A stretch of 63,578 nucleotides of DNA, the filler included, from Bigelowiella natans CCMP2755 (lineage: Eukaryota > Protista > Cercozoa): assembly GCA_000320545.1 (NCBI GenBank). It is 6 parts of 6 records of this genome, joined end to end, with 100 filler letters (N's around TTAATTAATTAA, not from the genome) between each part and the next. Parts side by side here need not be neighbours in the genome. Positions count along the whole stretch, not along the records: positions 25,931 to 55,799 come from ADNK01003507.1; 5 more parts are not named here. One strand, written 5' to 3'. Position numbers and translations under genes: made by a program. This document shows positions 27,090 to 39,934 of this stretch, piece after piece (positions within the stretch are counted from its first letter, which is position 1; every line of letters begins with the position of its first letter). A model generated the notes under the pieces. The model saw nothing but the letters and a program-made list of their open reading frames with translations. It did no database searches and was not told the DNA's origin.

Positions 27090-28440
27090 CGAGCTAGCGA
27101 GCATAGCACAGCTGGCGCAGTTCACACCGTGCCATGTAGCATGTCACGAGCTCCATGCTCTCAGGCGCGCGCATGGATGGCAAGCTAGCAGCAAGTAGAG
27201 GCTAGGTTTGTAATCCTAGAATCGCATTCATGAATGATGCTCTTCAGGAACTCCATGGCTAGACAGCCCTTCTAGCCTTTAGGCCATCATGTAGCGTGCG
27301 CGCTGTCGAACACATGAAGTTGAATGCATCTGTTCTTTGCTACATGTAGTCCATTGCACACATGCTTTTACCCGCCACACGTGCACCAAATGAGCATGCA
27401 CATGTGCTGAATGACATGTGTTGTTGACAAGTGCACATGAGCAGGTCAACCACACATGTGTCATTGTGGAACATGTGTCACAACCCCATGCATGTGCGCT
27501 CCATGGCCCAAAGGGCCATGCAGAACGGCCGTGGTTTGCAATGATGCGTGCGTGATTGCGATGTGTGATGCATGCCATGCTGCAGCATGCTGGCATGAAT
27601 GGCACATGTAGGCGGCTAGCTAGGTGGACTGCATCTAGACTAGAGACATGCATGTCTAGCTACACTGGAGATGCACGAGTGGCGCGTTCTGGCATTGGCC
27701 TCCTAGCCTCTTTCTGCCAAGCAAGAACTGCGATGCATGCCCTAGCTAGCTAGCTAGCTGCGCAGTTTTGCAATCGACTGCTGTGATGAAGTGACGCACC
27801 ATCGATCTAGCTAGCTAGCTAGATGTCTCGATGACTCGAACTTCGAGGTCTAGAGGTTTAGATTTTTCCTGCGGCGTAGCTGCTTAGGTAGATCTAGAGA
27901 TTGTCTAGAGATCTAAAGATGCAACATCTAGAACATCTTCATGCTAGCATGCATGCAGTGTTCAGTGAATGCATGCTAGCATGCTAGCATGATGACAATG
28001 ATCCACAAGGCCATTTCGAGGAATGATAGCGAATGTGCTTTGGCTAGTTGGCACTGCTAGACTGCATGAGGTCTAGAGGTGCATCTTCGACCTAGCTAGC
28101 TAGCGAGGCGTGCTAGCGTGCTAGCGTCTAGGCGTGGGCAGGGAAGCCACTGCATGCTAGCATGCGAAAGAGATTGGTAGATGCAGTTTAAGAGATGGCT
28201 GTAGAGAGTGGACCATCTCTAGATCTGTAGACATGGCCACATGTCTGAATTTTGCACATGCCTGTGTCTAGATGTGTGCACACGTTGCAAACATCTAGAT
28301 GCTGTCTAGCTGTGCACAAAATGATCTCGATGCTGTCTAGCTGTGCATTGAATGATCTAGCAGCTAACAGATAACCTAGTAACGTTCATGTGGCTTGGGC
28401 ATGTGCGCCGATAGCAAATAGCCTCGATCGCAGCAGCAAC
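27090..28440. other. TpA-skewed island C (very CTAG/CATG/TGCA-rich)
   Basis: Dozens of CTAG; most other surviving TpA are in xTAG or CTAx contexts; TAT/ATA/TAA runs typical of flanking intergenic DNA are nearly absent. Confidence 0.75.
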
Positions 28441-28502
28441 ATTTTACGTGCGTAACGTAATCGAACGATGCGCGAACAAAACCAAAATATGCTTGATGTG
28501 TC

Positions 28503-31500
28503 TTATCTACGTGTTCTACTTTTCTGTGCAGGCACTCCACGCCAATATTGTAACGATGGAATTGATTTCTTCAGCATTTTGCTCAGTGGTGCAAGATAAG
28601 ATCTTTTCCCTATTGAACATTCTGGGACTGACAAATGTGCTCCAATTCCTACCTTTGATCCAGGACCTGCCTCAACATTTTTAAATTCCATGGAAAAATT
28701 ATCGAAGATGTGGCCTAAGAATGCACCTTCGATCACAGCCTCCTTACCGATTCTCAAAAAATCCCAATCTGTCACTGCGGTTGACGTTATGATAGCATCA
28801 AGTGATACTTCTGCGCCTAAAGTGCAGAGGAAAACATTTAGAAGACTGCTTCCATGCAGAACCTTAAAGATCGACTCAAATGCTTCCCGCTCATCTTGCA
28901 CATGCATTGAGCAAAGAAGTCGAGGGTCTCCAGGCTTCAGAATGATCTCTCGCATTCTTCCTACAAGAACCCACTTCCAAAATAGCATGTTGATGATGCG
29001 GCATCCGAAATAGATTGCGAAATACACTCCAAAGAGTGCGGTATGTGCCTCTCCACTGACATCAATTTTCCCTGATATCTCTAAACCAGCTTCAAATGCA
29101 GCTAGTAAACACAGGTAACGCGTCGCTAATCGAAGAACCCACAAAAACATGTCCATGGAGATGAACCACGTTTGAAAGAGCAACGTGTTTTTCTGTCTTT
29201 TCGTGATGTACTCATGTAGTTTCTCTTGGCTCGAGCGCGACACCTTAAACCTATTTGTTCCCAGCAGAGCGGTGCCTTCAGGCACTATCAGTGGCTTCGC
29301 AGAGTTCAGACCCTCTACCGAAGTGAGGAAGGAGATGTTGGAATTGTTCATCATGACAACATTCCCTGAAATGTGGCTCTGGACTCCTACCGTGCAGCCA
29401 TTGCCAATTCTGATCCGACTTCTGACATTCTGACTGCGACATCTAAATTCAGGCTCAATTGTACCGATGGAAACGAAAGAGTACTCTCCAATCTCGATAA
29501 GATGGGCATCTTCCGGATGAATGTTATAGGGCTGCGGCATGAGTGAGCCAACACCGATTGATAAACCCATTAGCCGTTGATAAATTAGATAATATGAATG
29601 CTTCGTGCCTAGCACAATAAATCCGAAGTATTTTAATGCAAAACGTTGAAGTAGAGCTAAATACCAACGCCTCCATTTTGTGAACAGTGTTTTACGGTAG
29701 GGGCCCTCTCGCACATGGCCAGCCAAAATCCACTTTGCGACGATTGAGTAGAGACCCAACATAACGAAGCTCCCAACAATTTGGAAAGTGTAGAAAATCA
29801 GGAAAAAATACCTTTGGTCGATCAGAGCCTCATTGTTAGCAGCCTGCTCGGGGTTGGTTCGAATCTCAAAGAGGTCCACGGCCCAAAATGAGATAGCTCC
29901 GACACTCGAAAAAATTGTTGCCAGCCATAGCTGCGCCACGAAAGTCAGCATCTTGCAGGTTTCGAGCTTCAGATCTATTTTACTTGGCTCGGGCTTGCAC
30001 ACCAACGCGTCGAATTTTGGCATTGCTACACCTTTGGGGTTTAATTCATCATCAGTCTTGTCACCGGTATCAGCTCGTTCTCCTCGGGTGTGGACAGGCG
30101 TGCTGGGCTGAAACTTTCTGTCGACGTGGCGAAGGCTTCTCCCATTGTTATTGGTATTTTTTGATGCTAAGAACTTCGGTACTGCCTCCTCTAGCTTTTT
30201 GTCACTTTTGGAAGAGATTTCCTTATTAAGATATAAGCTGTTGTTATTTGATTGGAGTTGAAGTCCCGCGTTTGCGCCATATTCACCAACCTCGCTTTGG
30301 ATTTCGTAATTAGAGGGGCTGCCGCCTCCTCCACGTGCAGACAGTTTTGCCGACTGAATAGTACCTGTGCTATGGCCAGATTCACGGTCTCGATCATAAT
30401 TGAATTCGTCAGTGGGAGTCTCAATGTTTTCCGCGAACGTTTTCTTATGCTCATCACTGGGGGACGCTGGTTTATATTGCCGGCTTCCTTTGTTGCCGCT
30501 TTTGAGCTGCCTCATTCGATTCCCTTGCCAAATAGTCCCTCTAGGGATCTTGGTATGGGGTCTGACGTATGTGTGAACCTTGATCCAACATCCATCCTCC
30601 AATATAGAGCCTTTGCCTATTACAGTGTTGCTGGAGATTGTGCACGATTTTCCTATTTTTATTGGGGCTAAAACAAGCCCATCATCCGCATCCATATCTC
30701 GCGCTAACAGGCGCCCAGATACACTGCTGTCAGCGCCAATACAGATTAGGTCGTGCTCTCGGAGAAATGTCTTCAAGTCAACCGCAATAGTGATCTTCGC
30801 TCCACAGAGAATATAGAAGAAACGAAACATAATAGTGTCGTAAATGGCAGCACCGACCAATAGCTCCCACATACTGAAAAGGGAGTCGATATACCACCAG
30901 CGCATCCAATACCAGCCGTGTAATGCATGCTCACCAGGTTTGTACCGTCCGATTATTAACCACTTCATCACAATTGTTATAATTGAGAAGGAGAGTGCCC
31001 AGATTGGAAATATAAATATTAGCAACAAGCCAGTGATCTGAGCTTCTGTAAACACATAAGGAATGGTTACTAAAGATAAACGGTATATCTACTCAAAGTC
31101 GAAATGAACTTTTCATCACGAAAAATTGTGGATTTGAATTCTTCATGGTAGTACTAACCGTCATAAATTCCGACAGCTATCGAGCTCCACGGTTCACTTC
31201 TTTTAATCGCTTCTTGCGAAAATGAGTAAGCTGGAATAGCGGCAATGGATCCAAGAAAGAAAATGGAGAGAACTCCAATGGTTTGAAGCACTATACGCAA
31301 CCAGGTAGACAAATTCTCTCTGTGTGCTAAGCTTGTGAATTTGCTTTCAAATTCTGTCTCATGAGAATCCTAATTACGGCTAGATGTGAACACAACGCGC
31401 ACAGAGAGTCACTTGAAATCATTTACCGAAGCGAGACGTTTTTGGCTATCCATGGGCTTCTTTTTTGGTCTATGATGGACTCGCAGTGGAATTGCGGTCA

Positions 31501-34500
31501 TCGAACGACGTCCAGTATCAGATAGGGCTAAAATAAAATGACGAAAGAGTGAACATAGAAGTATCCATGCTTTCTAGTCAAGTATGTATGAGACCTTGAA
31601 GTGAAAACGCTGGGTCAAAAGTTCCATTATATAGACTGTCTATCGTTTCGTCGGTAACCATGCAAGCATTCGGTGAATCAGGATCTCGAGTAAGTTTCTG
31701 TGTCGCCCTACTCCAGTAGTCCGATATACCATTCATTTCGGCATGCATCTCACAGAAACTGGATACGATCTGGGTGAGGTTATTTGGGGTCATTCGCAGC
31801 AGGATTAAGTCATTTTGGAACATTATCCCAAAACTATCTCTCAGTGCCCCCGCGATTTCAACTAATTGTATCGAATCCACGAGTGTGCCAAATTCGTCAT
31901 TCCTGGTCCATAATAAAACATCCTTTACCTCACCACATCTATAAATCAACTATTTAGAATCATTTAAGCTAAGTTCGTTTTACCCCATGTCCTTCCAATC
32001 GAATCCAGTCGATAAGCCTTTAGCAAGAGCACCTTCAAAATCTTCTTTGGTCATAACCGTTGCAAAGGATATCTGGAGGGAGTTCACTATTCTAACGTGT
32101 GGGTTCATCGAGGAGGAGCTCTTCTCTTCTACTGCCGGTTGCTTTGCACTATTGTTGTCGGTTGCCATCTTGAACAGAGGTTGCAGCAGGTTCGACTGAT
32201 ATAGTCTCCTAGCTTCGGTCCTGTTTTGTTGGGACAATTGAAGATGATCATACAGTTGGGTAGATTAAAGCGCACGTGTTACCTTCTCAATTTTCCACTG
32301 GAAGTTTTAGGGATCGTTCTCTCCTTTATCAAGACCACTTCAGATACATTCACTGATTCCGACCTTCTAACGGCAATCCTGATTTGGGAAAAACATTACG
32401 ATCGTTGATTCTTGAATTTTATGTGATCATACGCTATTTCTCTTGCAACGACTCCGTAATTTCGCTGCAACTTTCGCAGTTCTTTCTTGCCTCTTACCTG
32501 TCGCATAAAATAATGAATATTGGCGATGAATTACGGAAAATGACCTCATTTACAGTAAAGTACAGACCTCACTCAACACGACAAGCTTCTCCGTCCCGTC
32601 CCCCCCCTTCATAGAGAAAGCAATAGTACATCCTGGTCGAACGCCTTCAACCTACCAGGAGTCAATAGCTTTGAAAATGGGTTACTGTAATGTTCGGTCT
32701 TCAATGTGCACCTTGTCCACGGGAGCCTCGATGTCTTTTGGAGCTATATTTCTACCACGAATGATAATTACGTCCTTCATTCGAGAGACGAAGTAAAGGC
32801 GTGTTCCTAATTCCAAGTTTCTTGATAAGCATTCATGAGAAATACTGTATCAACACATAGCTTTCACGAACCTTCCATATAGCCAACATCGCCTGTCCGT
32901 AGCCACAGATCATTGGAACCTTTAAGTTCGGCACCAAATACCTCCTTCGATTTTTGTGGCTGATTCCAATATCCCTTTCAAGGTGAAAGATGTTAGTGTA
33001 TATATCATTTGTATTATTGACCGTAATTACCAATGCAACAGACTCTGAATTCAGCCATATCTCGCCCTCTTGCCCGTCCTCTACTTGCGAAGAGGTTTCT
33101 GGATCTACAATGCTACACTTCACACCTGCATGAATTCAAATGCGCATCAGACATGCATGTAACATCATCTTTATTCCGTACCTAATGATCGTGAGAGATC
33201 TCCAAACACGGCGCAGCACATCTGCTTTGGATTGACCTGGATGTTTCACAATGTAAGAAAAAATGGATTTCATTATAATAACTGACCTTTGAATAAGCCC
33301 TCTCTGGATCATTGAAGTCGAAACTAACCCCAACGACATGCTCTGCCATCCCGTAGCATGCATGGATCTGGTGAGTTTGTGCAACAGTTCCAGTTTATAT
33401 CAGACTTTCACATCTTGATGCAGAAAAGAAATCTAGTCGTGCGGAGTCACCGTGTTCCTTTTCATCCCATACTTGCCCATCAGATCCTCGAAACCATCAA
33501 AACTTTCCTTCAGATTTTCCTCACCTCCCGCTCCGATGGAGCGGACATGACTAAGATTGAATCCCTTTGGAACTAGAACGGTGGACCACTTGTGCACCAA
33601 AAGAGTGTACGCAAAGTTAGGAGCCTAAAGCATAGGTTCAATCAATCAATCGGTATTGTCCAGTTTCGAAAATTATTGGTCAATGAAGTTTAGCCTTTCT
33701 TATCATTTACTTGACTTAGATTATGTAAATTGTAAATACTGCAATCTATTGTGCATTACAAATGAAACGTTGCAGTTATATCTCCACATGGAGTGCCTGA
33801 ATTAAAATAAAGAGGATTCGGCAATGAGCCCCCATTATTATATTTCGGTTTAATCCTTACATCCACATCGGAGGACACTTCAGAAACGCGATAGGACTCA
33901 TAAAATGACCTAGTTAAGAAATAAGTTAGACCATCTCAGTTCATGCTCATACAACATGCAACATCCCACCCTGTCCTCCAGCGTATAAAGATAATAGGTA
34001 ATTCGCAATGAGTCCTAGATCGTGGTACTGGGGCAACCAGCAGATAGTTCTATGAGGTCTGAAGACGAAGGAAAACCTTATGACAGTGAAATAAAGTTTT
34101 CATTACAGAAAGATACCTGAAGCTTATTTGCTCTACGTCTGGGTCACGATTCTCATTTTGTGAATTTATATGAAGTAATTGCAGATTGTGAAGTAGATTC
34201 GTGTAGGAGATCATGACACCCTAAAGTAGAAATGTGATGAGTTCAGGTGATGAATTCTGTACTATGAACGTGCCTTTGGATCTCCAGTTGAGCCACTTGT
34301 GTATTGTAAGAAAGCAAGGTCAGGGTGGGTCATGTTTACTCTTGATTTCCTGGAGAATCTTTTCCCGACGAATTTCACATCTGATCATTTCAAAAATGTC
34401 GAACGATTTTTTATCATTACAAATATGCGCCATACCTTTGTCGAGACTATCTGTATTCACAAATGGAATGTTTGGCCACGTTGTGCCAACTTTGAGCTTC

Positions 34501-34979
34501 AGCTTCCAAATGTGTCTTGTGAAGTCCTTGTGGGAGAGTACATGCCGCGCTTGACAGTCATCAATGATGAAGTTCATTTTTCTTATACTGTACTCAAGGC
34601 GTGCATGAGAAGGTGGATAAATTGGAACTGCGACAACCCCTGCAATGAGGCAGCCCAAAAAAGCTTGAATGAAATCTAGGCTAAATAAATAGCACATCAC
34701 AACTCGATCGCCCGGTTTAACACCGAGATTGTTTCGCAGATAATCTGCGACTGTATTAGCATGCTCCCAAACTTCAAGATAGGAAAGTTTCTTTTCTATG
34801 TTGCCCTTTTCTCCTATCCACGCATAGAGAAGGCGATTTGGGTTTTTGTTTTTCTGCTTCATGAAATGATGAAGTAACGAATTCCAGGAGGACTTTCTCT
34901 TCGAATCCGAGAGCATTGATGATCGCTCGCTATCATGTGGAGAAAATGATGAAACTCTACCCTCGATGGCCTCGTGCAT
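28503..34979 (-). CDS. Membrane-bound NRPS-like enzyme: FAAL-type adenylation domain + carrier (ACP/PCP) domain + Pls/PosA-type C-terminus (TM pairs alternating with hexapeptide beta-helix repeats)
   Basis: Spliced A-domain motifs: GVKPGDRV...AFLGCLIAGVVAVPIYPP, LAFLQYTSGSTGDPK|GVMISYTNL, CWLPQYHDLGLI, APNFAY, CYGMAE, GEIWLNSESVAL|GYW, WLRTGDVGY, SRMKDVIIIRGRNIAPKDIE, IPKTSSGKLR. Carrier motif VDSIQLVEIAGALR (~31830-31880). The 850-aa last exon has three KW(L/I/V)(I/L)xG TM units each followed by (L/C/M)G(A/L)x(I/V) and IG-type hexapeptide repeats. Confidence 0.9.
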
Positions 34980-35595
34980 CGGTATCACTTCTAGAATTTC
35001 GAATTTGCACAATTGTTCTGTTGTTACCTCCTGGTCGTATACACGATTTTAGGTAGGGTCTATGTAAGCTAGTGCTGCCTGAAAGGGCGGCCTCCACTAC
35101 AAGGAACCCAAGGAACGTTTGGAGTGTATTCTTACTAATATTACCACCCTTTGAACGACCTTCAATGTGCTGTGCTGTCAATTTTCCATGCCTGGCTGCA
35201 TTCTTGCTTCCACCTTGAGCGATGAGGACGTTATCCTGAGTAAGGCTGGGGGGACTTGACCATAAGAGACTGTTGTAAATGTTGTATTGGGGATGCCTTT
35301 TCGAGCTGCGACATGCTACATCGAACAATTTCGCCGCGAAACGAGTGCACGTGGTTGTACATGTACCTGGAAGCAAAAAGCAAAGGCTGGAGCGGGCATT
35401 GAGCAAGTTTTTTCCGTTTTTCCAGCACTCGTTTGGCGCATGCGACTGTGATATTCCTCGCTGATGTGGCCGAAACCGCCTACCATGATGCAATGACCGT
35501 GACTTTTGACCAAATGACTCAGTACCTCTCAACAAACGGAACGAGCGATTGCAAAACAGTGCATCAAAGACGTCCAACAGACCACTTGAGCTTAC

Positions 35596-36500
35596 GATTG
35601 CAGCAACAATTGCATGTCGCGGTCTGAAATGTTCAGTGCGTCTTGCAGCGCGACTTCATTGCAGCGTGATTTCTCGAGATTTGTTCGCCTTGGTGGTCTC
35701 CTGAGGGTGTCCAACGGATGATGGTGTCCAACTTTGACAGCAGTCTAGCAGTGCTTGTGCCTTGTGCACATTTTGTTGGAATGTCAAAATGGGCATGAAT
35801 CTTGAATGTTGGACTTTTGATCGAAGGGTGTGGAGATCAAGGCCAGTGGCTAGGTGGAACGTCCAATGAACCCCAGCTGTGTGAGGTTCTTTTCTCGTTC
35901 GTTCAGAGAACGCAACCTCTTCTCGCATTGCACCCCATGACAGTCTTGCTGCTTGGGGAGGAGGCAATTTTTAGCAAACTGAACTGAGCACTTCTAGACT
36001 TCTTCTGCAAATTCCTTTCAGTGCTGGGGTGCGCCAATGAACAAAGACACTCATCAAAGAACGAAGACACTGCACTCGTTCGTTCGTTTTGGCACTCTGC
36101 AACAGGTGTTCTTTGTGCACCAGCTTGGCGGTCTAGCGGTGGAGACATTTCACTCGTTCGTTCGTCTTGGCACTCTGCAACAGGTGTTCTTTCTGCGTGC
36201 ACCAGCTTGGCGGTCTAGCGGTGGACCAGTGCGTGTGTGCATGCCAGTGTGGAGACACTTCACTCGTTCGATTGTTAATGCGTGCACCCATCTAGCCATC
36301 ATCACTCTTGCGCACAGCACAGAACAACAAAGAAAGACTGCCACACATTGGAACGAAGACACCCAGTTGGCTCTGGAGCCAGACGTCATGCTAGCATGCG
36401 CTAGTGCTAGTAGTGTGTGAGCAGTCGCTTGGTCGTCATCACCAGATCAAACAGGTCTAGTGGTGCATTTGCCACACGCTGGCCGGCCAGCTAGGTGTTG
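35596..36500. other. TpA-depleted island D (contains a 78-bp tandem repeat)
   Basis: Hand count: 14 TpA in ~905 bp, 11 in CTAG plus TTAG, GTAG, TTAA; TA-rich sequence resumes from ~36610. Confidence 0.88.
36073..36270. repeat. ~78-bp tandem direct repeat (2 copies plus partial third)
   Basis: cactcgttcgttcg..ttggcactctgcaacaggtgttcttt..gtgcaccagcttggcggtctagcggtgga at 36073 and 36151; ggagacac/ttcactcgttcg again at ~36251. Confidence 0.9.
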
Positions 36501-36970
36501 ACTATGCAACGATGATCTGTCGCACTGTCGTCTGCATCGTGTCAAGCACACATGTGTGTGTTCACTAAACCACAAGTTGTCATGTCTAATTAGACACACT
36601 GCACTGCTAGCTAGCTAGACTACGTGTAGTACACCGTGATCTCCACCGTGTCACCGTGTGTGAAGTACACATTTGTATGTACACATACACAAATATTTTG
36701 GCACATATATAGATATTGTCACATAAGATAGACATATAGTGGATACCATACGTTGTACGTTCTATGTAATGTGTAAAGCACGTGCAGTGTCTAAGTACAT
36801 CATCTAGACATATAAATGTCAGGTCCAATTCTTGCATTGGCTAACCGTTTCAGAATTTACTATAAATAAGAACTAAATTTCCAGGCAAAATTGGCTTGAG
36901 ATCTCCATTAAATCTAGAGTAGCCTTCGCTCTAATGTCTGTTCGCAAAGAAAGGCGATGCAATTTTCATC

Positions 36971-37720
36971 CTAATAGAAGCGAGGTTTCCAGTCCTTCTT
37001 ATTCGGTAGAGTTGAGTCAATGCCATCCTTCTTGGCTTCTGTTGGAACATCACCAAGTCCCTTGCCATAATATCCAGGTTGATCCCATGCTTTGCCTGAC
37101 AACCTGGAAAATTATTAGGCTACATGTTAGGATAATGGTTTATAACGAAGAGTATGCGACTAACTTTTTCTGCCGCAAGCGCTCCACGTCTGCCATCTGT
37201 TGGTGGTTCTTCATCGCACGCACTGTGCGGTCCTCCATCATTGAGTGGATCCAAGCGGTCACAAAAGACATGCTCAAAGGACTGCTGTATCGAGAAAATC
37301 ATTACTGTGAGACAACGCACCCTCTAAATCACCCCCACTTTGACTATAGTTCGATCTCTATCTCTCAATCGTGACTTATGGCAATTTTGACAGTGTTTTT
37401 AAAAGATTAAGAGTCTCCCTCTGATTTGATTCCTCTCAACAACTAGGCTGCCCCCCCCCCCTCCCATTCCTCATCCGTCACCCTACAACCTCCTGGCGCA
37501 GAACAAGTTATTCTAAAATTCTCGCCAATAGCAATCGAACGCCGTACAATATTACAATGATCTGATAAAAATTGATGTCGTAATAAGTTTTTACCCCAAA
37601 TTTCGATGCCCGAGAATTTCACGAGAAACTACGACAGAAAATTAATATTTTATCGGCCAAGTCGCATCCCTAAAACCGCCATGCATCTGTACCAAGCCAT
37701 TGTCTGTAGCCAAAGGTCAT
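36971..37720 (-). CDS. Possible small spliced gene, unknown product
   Basis: AG/GT-bounded exons reading SPLSMSFVTAWIHSMMEDRTVRAMKNHQQMADVERLRQK|KLSGKAWDQPGYYGKGLGDVP...KPRFY*; possible start MTFGYRQWLGTDAWR near 37720. Confidence 0.4.
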
Positions 37721-37900
37721 TTTTTATCGAAGGAACTTCCTACTGAATCTTCAAAAGTGAAATTCTGCTGAGTATAACTTTCTTTTTTAAGAAAATCTTC
37801 ATATGAGTTGTCGTAGGTGCAGAACCCCAAACTTTTTTTCTGATTCAGATACGAGTATGGCTTCCTCCTCGTCGATGTATGTAAATGTGATGCGACGGCG

Positions 37901-37975
37901 ATGCAGATAGATGGGGGATCATCGAGGACATGCATGATGGGTGGTGAAGAGGGAACGAAATTCTTGTTAAGAAAA

Positions 37976-38032
<57 letters not shown>

Positions 38033-38945
38033 TGCATGATGCAAGCTCACTGTTCGCAACTTTTAGATTTGGAGGACTTGGGGGACCAGAGAAACTCGAA
38101 TTGTGGAAGCAAGGGGCAGAGGCTAGAATTTATAAATGTAGCTACATGGGGCGTCCAGCACTGGTAAAGGAGCGCTTTGAGAAGAAATACCGCCACCCAG
38201 AACTTGATCGAAAGATGAGAAATCAGCGCACTCTGGCAGAGGTGAGGGCGATCCTCAAGTGCAGAAAGTTAGGACTGGTGAGGATTTCCATTAGTATTTG
38301 TTGCCCCTTTTAATGCGAAAGTGACGACGCCTTTGGTTTTCAGGACTCCCCAGTAATATTCCACGTTGACTTCCAGCGAAGCGCGATTGTAATGGAAGCT
38401 GTTGACGGTCGCACGATGAAGTAAAATAAAATAAAAATAATAACAGTTTGATCCTGAAATCAGTTTCTGTTCCTCGAGGATAATCTTGTTGTTCCGATAA
38501 TGCAGGGACACGTTGATTGAGATCGAGGGGAAGCTCGCGGATGACGGAGAAGCATCCCTACGCGCGAAGACAGAGGCGGCAGATCTGATGCAAAAAATGG
38601 GGAAAGCGATAGCTATGATGCACAATGGAGGAATTGTACATGGAGACTTGACAACATCGAACTTCCTCTTGCGGTATGCACTGAGATGCACTTCTTTCAT
38701 GCAAGTCCCCTTTTCGTGCCCATTGTGAGCGAATGTCAACTCATAGAAGTCTCGATTCTGCTGTTTTCAATTCAGAGCTACAAACGAGCTCGTCATGATC
38801 GATTTCGGACTCAGCTTCGTCTCCACTGATGCGGAAGATTTAGCTGTCGATCTTTACGTTCTTGAGCGGGCATTTATAAGCACTCATCCCGGAGCAGAAC
38901 TTCTTTTCAAAAAGGTAATTGTTGTACACACTGAATTACCCACAC

Positions 38946-38985
<40 letters not shown>

Positions 38986-39181
38986 TTAGATCGTACGTAT
39001 CTCGTAGGTACTGAACGCATACAACGGAGCAGCAAGATACTCAAGCAGGGTCATATATACAGTGTAATTTTATTTACTGGTGTTGCTAAATATGGTCCGC
39101 CCTGCCTCTTACCTCATACAGATTCTCACAAAACTCGAGGACGTACGCCGGAGAGGAAGAAAAAGAGAGATGATCGGGTGA
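37901..39181 (+). CDS. BUD32: Bud32/PRPK (TP53RK) atypical kinase, KEOPS subunit
   Basis: [81 protein letters not shown] and C-terminal [13 protein letters not shown]; start codon approximate. Confidence 0.95.
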
Positions 39182-39199
39182 AGACGGCCAAGCAGTTAT

Positions 39200-39303
39200 T
39201 CATTCACCACATGCTAGCATGAAATGATGATATCTAGATGTACCTACCAGATCTAGCAGATACCTAGCTAGCTAGATATGCTAACCGATCATCTAGATCA
39301 TTA

Positions 39304-39346
<43 letters not shown>

Positions 39347-39795
39347 TCAAGTTCATGCTGTATTAGATCACATTTTTGCAGTGCATGCTAGCGTGGCAGC
39401 TGCTAGCCTGATGAGATATGTACACATGTGGATGTACCTAGCTAGCTAGTGACACATGTCCAGACACAGCAGGTTTAGAGCTAGGATTGCAATGCATGCA
39501 CATGGTCTAGTGGTAGACAGGCTGAAGCAGCTAACGACAAGCAGAGCCGTTAATGTGTAACAGAGCCGAGCCACATCACTAGCTAGCTTGATCGCCACGT
39601 CAGCTCAAGAGATTGGATGTACATCGCGTAGATCTAGACACCATGTACGTGAGACAGCTCAGCGCAATCTCATGTCTAGATGTGTCCCTGTGCGCCACTA
39701 TTTTTTTCATTAGCAGCTCGGCGATCACAGTGATTGTCATAGCAATCTAGCATTGTGCCATGTGCGTTCATGTACGTGTTGTCGATTGCTGCTGT

Positions 39796-39826
<31 letters not shown>

Positions 39827-39930
39827 GCGCGCATCACATCACATCACACTTGTCCATCACATCGTGATCATAGGCCTACATGGCATGCTAGCATGTGGCG
39901 TGCCTGGCCGGATGTGTGTTTCAGTACACA
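39200..39930. other. Weaker CTAG/CATG-rich, partly TpA-depleted intergenic tract (island E)
   Basis: Many CTAG, CATG and TGCA words, but also intact (AT)n and several unprotected TpA. Confidence 0.4.
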
Positions 39931-39934
39931 TATG

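Noticed and set aside
34957-35577. 206-aa ORF upstream of the NRPS-like gene as an extra domain
   Set aside because: Different frame from the A-domain exon, no motif recognised, and it borders island D where stops are under-represented.
36073-36270. CRISPR-like array
   Set aside because: Only two full adjacent units without unique spacers, eukaryotic context, no cas genes.
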